From Selaginella moellendorffii (taxonomy: Eukaryota > Plantae > Lycopodiophyta): a stretch of DNA of 64,000 bases. Both the position numbers and the translations under genes were made by a program. Positions 61,180 through 64,000 of the stretch are shown piece by piece (the stretch's first letter is position 1; each line of letters starts with the position of its first letter). Where the stretch lies: assembly GCF_000143415.4 (NCBI RefSeq), contig NW_003314376.1:62001-126000 (forward strand), written 5' to 3'. Under the pieces are notes generated by a model. It was not told the DNA's origin, did not search any database, and saw nothing but the letters and a program-made list of their open reading frames with translations.

Positions 61180-64000
61180 ATGCTCTATTTCGTTAAAGTG
61201 GGATTTATTCAGTAAAATGGGACTAGGTACAAATTTTCAAGTATTTGAAAATGACGTGAAATTATATGTTTTTTGTCTAGGGGCTAGACATATCTGGGGC
61301 ATAGTGACTAGCGCGGTGACTTTGTGTCCAGACTGAGTCCATCTGGTTGTATAATAAATCTCATTGTCAAGGTGAACAAGCCGAATCTGAAGCTAAAGAA
61401 GAGCGATGGCATGCGCGCACACACTATTTGTTTGTTCATTGAGCGTGTGGTGAGCTTTCCAAGATGAACGTCATTCCTATTAGCCAGACATATAACTTAA
61501 TGGTGAGAACATTTAGATATTATTCAATGTTATCTTTTTCTAACGAATCTAATTGTGAAGGTGTAGCAAGAGGCATTGCTAGTCTGGAGAAGTCATTTAA
61601 CTCATTTGACCCTTAGTGTATTTTCATGAAACTAAATAACATTCATATTATTAAGGAATTTCTCTAGTACCTTTTTTTTACAACATAGAGGCTTGCATTT
61701 CTTTCAAAGGTGATTTAGTAAAAGGCCTGAGGGCACATGCCATTCTATTTCTCAAACCGGTATTAAGATATACTAGTGCAAAGGGAAAAAAGTGCTGCTC
61801 GCTACATGTCTCGACAAACCTCTTGAAGATTGCCTCTCCATATACAACATGACCCCTAGTTTTGTGAGTACCGTTGTTCCCATGGACTGCCTGTTGAACC
61901 CTTTGTTCCTCGAACTCAGTTTTGATTCTGTAGAATGTGGTTCGAGGGACTCCATAAATGATTCTCCATGCCTTCATGCAGACCAAACCCCTCTGGAAGA
62001 CCATGCCCCCCACCTGATGTTCTAAAGCATCAACAGATGACCGTAATGCTTCATACACAAAATTCCGAGTTGCCTTCCAGGACAATGTCTTGTATCTTGC
62101 TCTCTCCTCTTCAATAGCATCCCAATCAGCATGTTGACAGCACCTCCTCTTGCAACAAGCAACTGTCGAGACCATTCGAACCTCCATCGCCATTTTCTAC
62201 CTTTTTCGGTTCGTTGCTCAGATCCCTTTGGCTACGCTTTAGGAAGGTGTACTTTCTTTTCCCATGAAGAGATGTTCTGTCATCAGTTGTAGTGGTGTTT
62301 GATTGTGAATCCTTCACATTCTCAAACACTAAGTGCCTCAATTTCCACCGCACAATGCTTCCAATAGTCAGACTGTTTTCTTCTGTGTCAATAACCTCTA
62401 AAATCGCAACTCCAATATCATCTCAGCCCAATTCTTGATTAGCAACCGCATCTCTTGGATCGACAACTGTGGCTAAGCCCTCAGCTACCACCTCCCCCTC
62501 GGGGTTGTTTAGAAACACCTTTGCCTGAATCCATGTAGCACAGTTCTTAAGATCCACGGAGGGAACATGCGTCGTACTTGCGGAGGCCATTCTGAAAGTG
62601 CAGAAAAGAAGTTAAGACCATACAAAAAATAATTGGAGAATGGCCTAAATCATAACATACCAAACAACCTCAATAGCATGAGGCCACTTGCCATTATTCA
62701 AACATGCTATTGACACCCACGTGAAATTTCGCATTCACAAAATTGGCATGAGCCCTCATGCCATTAGTGGTACCACTAATCGCATGAGGCCTCAAAATGT
62801 AAACCTTTTCCCCAACCCTGAAGGCCATTCTGAAAGTGCAAAAAAGAAGTTAAGACCATACAAAAAATGNNNNNNNNNNNNNNNNNNNNNNNNNNNNNNN
62901 NNNNNNNNNNNNNNNNNNNNNNNNNNNNNNNNNNNNNNNNNNNNNNNNNNNNNNNNNNNNNNNNNNNNNTGGCCTAAATCATAACATACCAAATAGCATG
63001 AGGCCTCATGCCATCTTGATATACACACAGCTGCAGGCAAGTAAAAACATACATGACAATACGCTAGCCATGAAATTGCAAGGGCCCAAGATGGCATGTG
63101 GCCTTATGCCATTTCTAAATGTGGTCCTAAGCCATTCCATGGTGAACATACCAGGAAGCACAAGTGCCGAATATCAAGAGGAAGCGGTAGCCACACCAAA
63201 GACAGTGCTGCTCGCAACACCGCAACTACTCATAGCGCCGCTCGCAACACCGCAACTGCTCGTAGCGCCGCTCGCACAAACTGCCATTCGCATAAACTGC
63301 CGCTTGCAATGGCGCTCGCAATGCCGCAACCGCTCGTAGACACATAAACCACAGCTCACAACACCGCTTACACAAGCAGCGCTCACTACGCTCAGCGGAA
63401 CCAAGAACACGGCGCACAATAATGATAGACCTAGGAATGAGTTCGAGAATTCAAAAATAACACACGTTTGAACGTCACATCAAATCCTCTGACAAACTAG
63501 ATCTTATGATTCCTCTGACAAATTTCAAACTGAGTAGCTTCTAGACTTTGCTGTCGGAGGTTGAACTTTGTCACATCATGTCCTTGCCTCGATCCAGCTG
63601 TGCCATGTCAGTGATTCGAACTTTGCCATACCATATCAGCGATCCACGTCAAGATTATTCGCCGTGTAAAGGAATAATTATGCTGTGTGTGTACGTCCAT
63701 TTATGGCAATATAAGGCCACACGCCATTCAAAGAATAATGCTAGTCGAGCATTTTTTGGTGCATTTTTGGGTTCAAAATTGCATGAGCCCACACGCTATA
63801 AAGTTTACCTGTACCAAAAATAGAAACAACTTTATTTACTTGGGAATTTAAGTGGTTGAGGCATTTTTAAACTTACAAACACATGCTCTACTTACATTCC
63901 TTTGGTTGCTTAAAATTCAAAAATATTATAAACCTTTCTTTTTGCATTTTCAATGTTTTCAATTATGGTTTTTGATTTTCGCAGGACCAGCCTAGTAATC
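61180..64000 (-). mobile_element. Second copy of the Sola-like DNA transposon (runs off the window)
   Basis: Starts with the TIR ATGCTCTATTTCGTTAAAGTG; reverse complement of ~45480-48050; flank ATAT. Confidence 0.88.
62870..62969. other. Assembly gap (100 N)
   Basis: N run. Confidence 1.

Noticed and set aside
62584-63010. Short duplication flanking the N gap
   Set aside because: Cannot be separated from an assembly overlap artefact

Overview
Land-plant nuclear DNA, judged from a plant-type tRNA-Ala(AGC), PLS-class PPR remnants, Ty3/gypsy elements and TTTAGGG motifs. The very short 44-52 nt introns suggest a compact lycophyte genome such as Selaginella, which is inference only. The window is a rearranged array of two ancient paralogous arms in inverted orientation. 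Arm A (+) runs: deleted tRNA-Ala, intact His/Pro/Ala-rich single-pass membrane protein ORF, PPR pseudogene. Arm B (-) runs: full-length tRNA-Ala, the C-terminal part of the same ORF only, PPR pseudogene, and a small multi-exon gene fragment. The gap between the divergent tRNA-Ala genes always holds an LTR element with a tRNA-Ala-type primer-binding site, either a decayed gypsy (G1) or a non-autonomous relative (NA). One NA copy contains a full chromovirus (36712-50309), which in turn contains a Sola-like DNA transposon (41770-48050). The most striking observation is that the chromovirus integrase is interrupted by two short GT-AG introns (47 and 52 nt). Removing them exactly restores the YHPQTDGQTERVN catalytic motif and the KLTQRFAGPY (GPY/F) motif, and the unspliced RNA stops before the catalytic glutamate. 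This suggests an intron-retaining, splicing-gated LTR retrotransposon. Other highlights are a structured 3' UTR with two tRNA-like T-arms in the same element, about 11 dispersed 22-bp palindromes in the DNA transposon, and possible tRNA-gene-targeted integration. All calls were made by eye, with no database searches.
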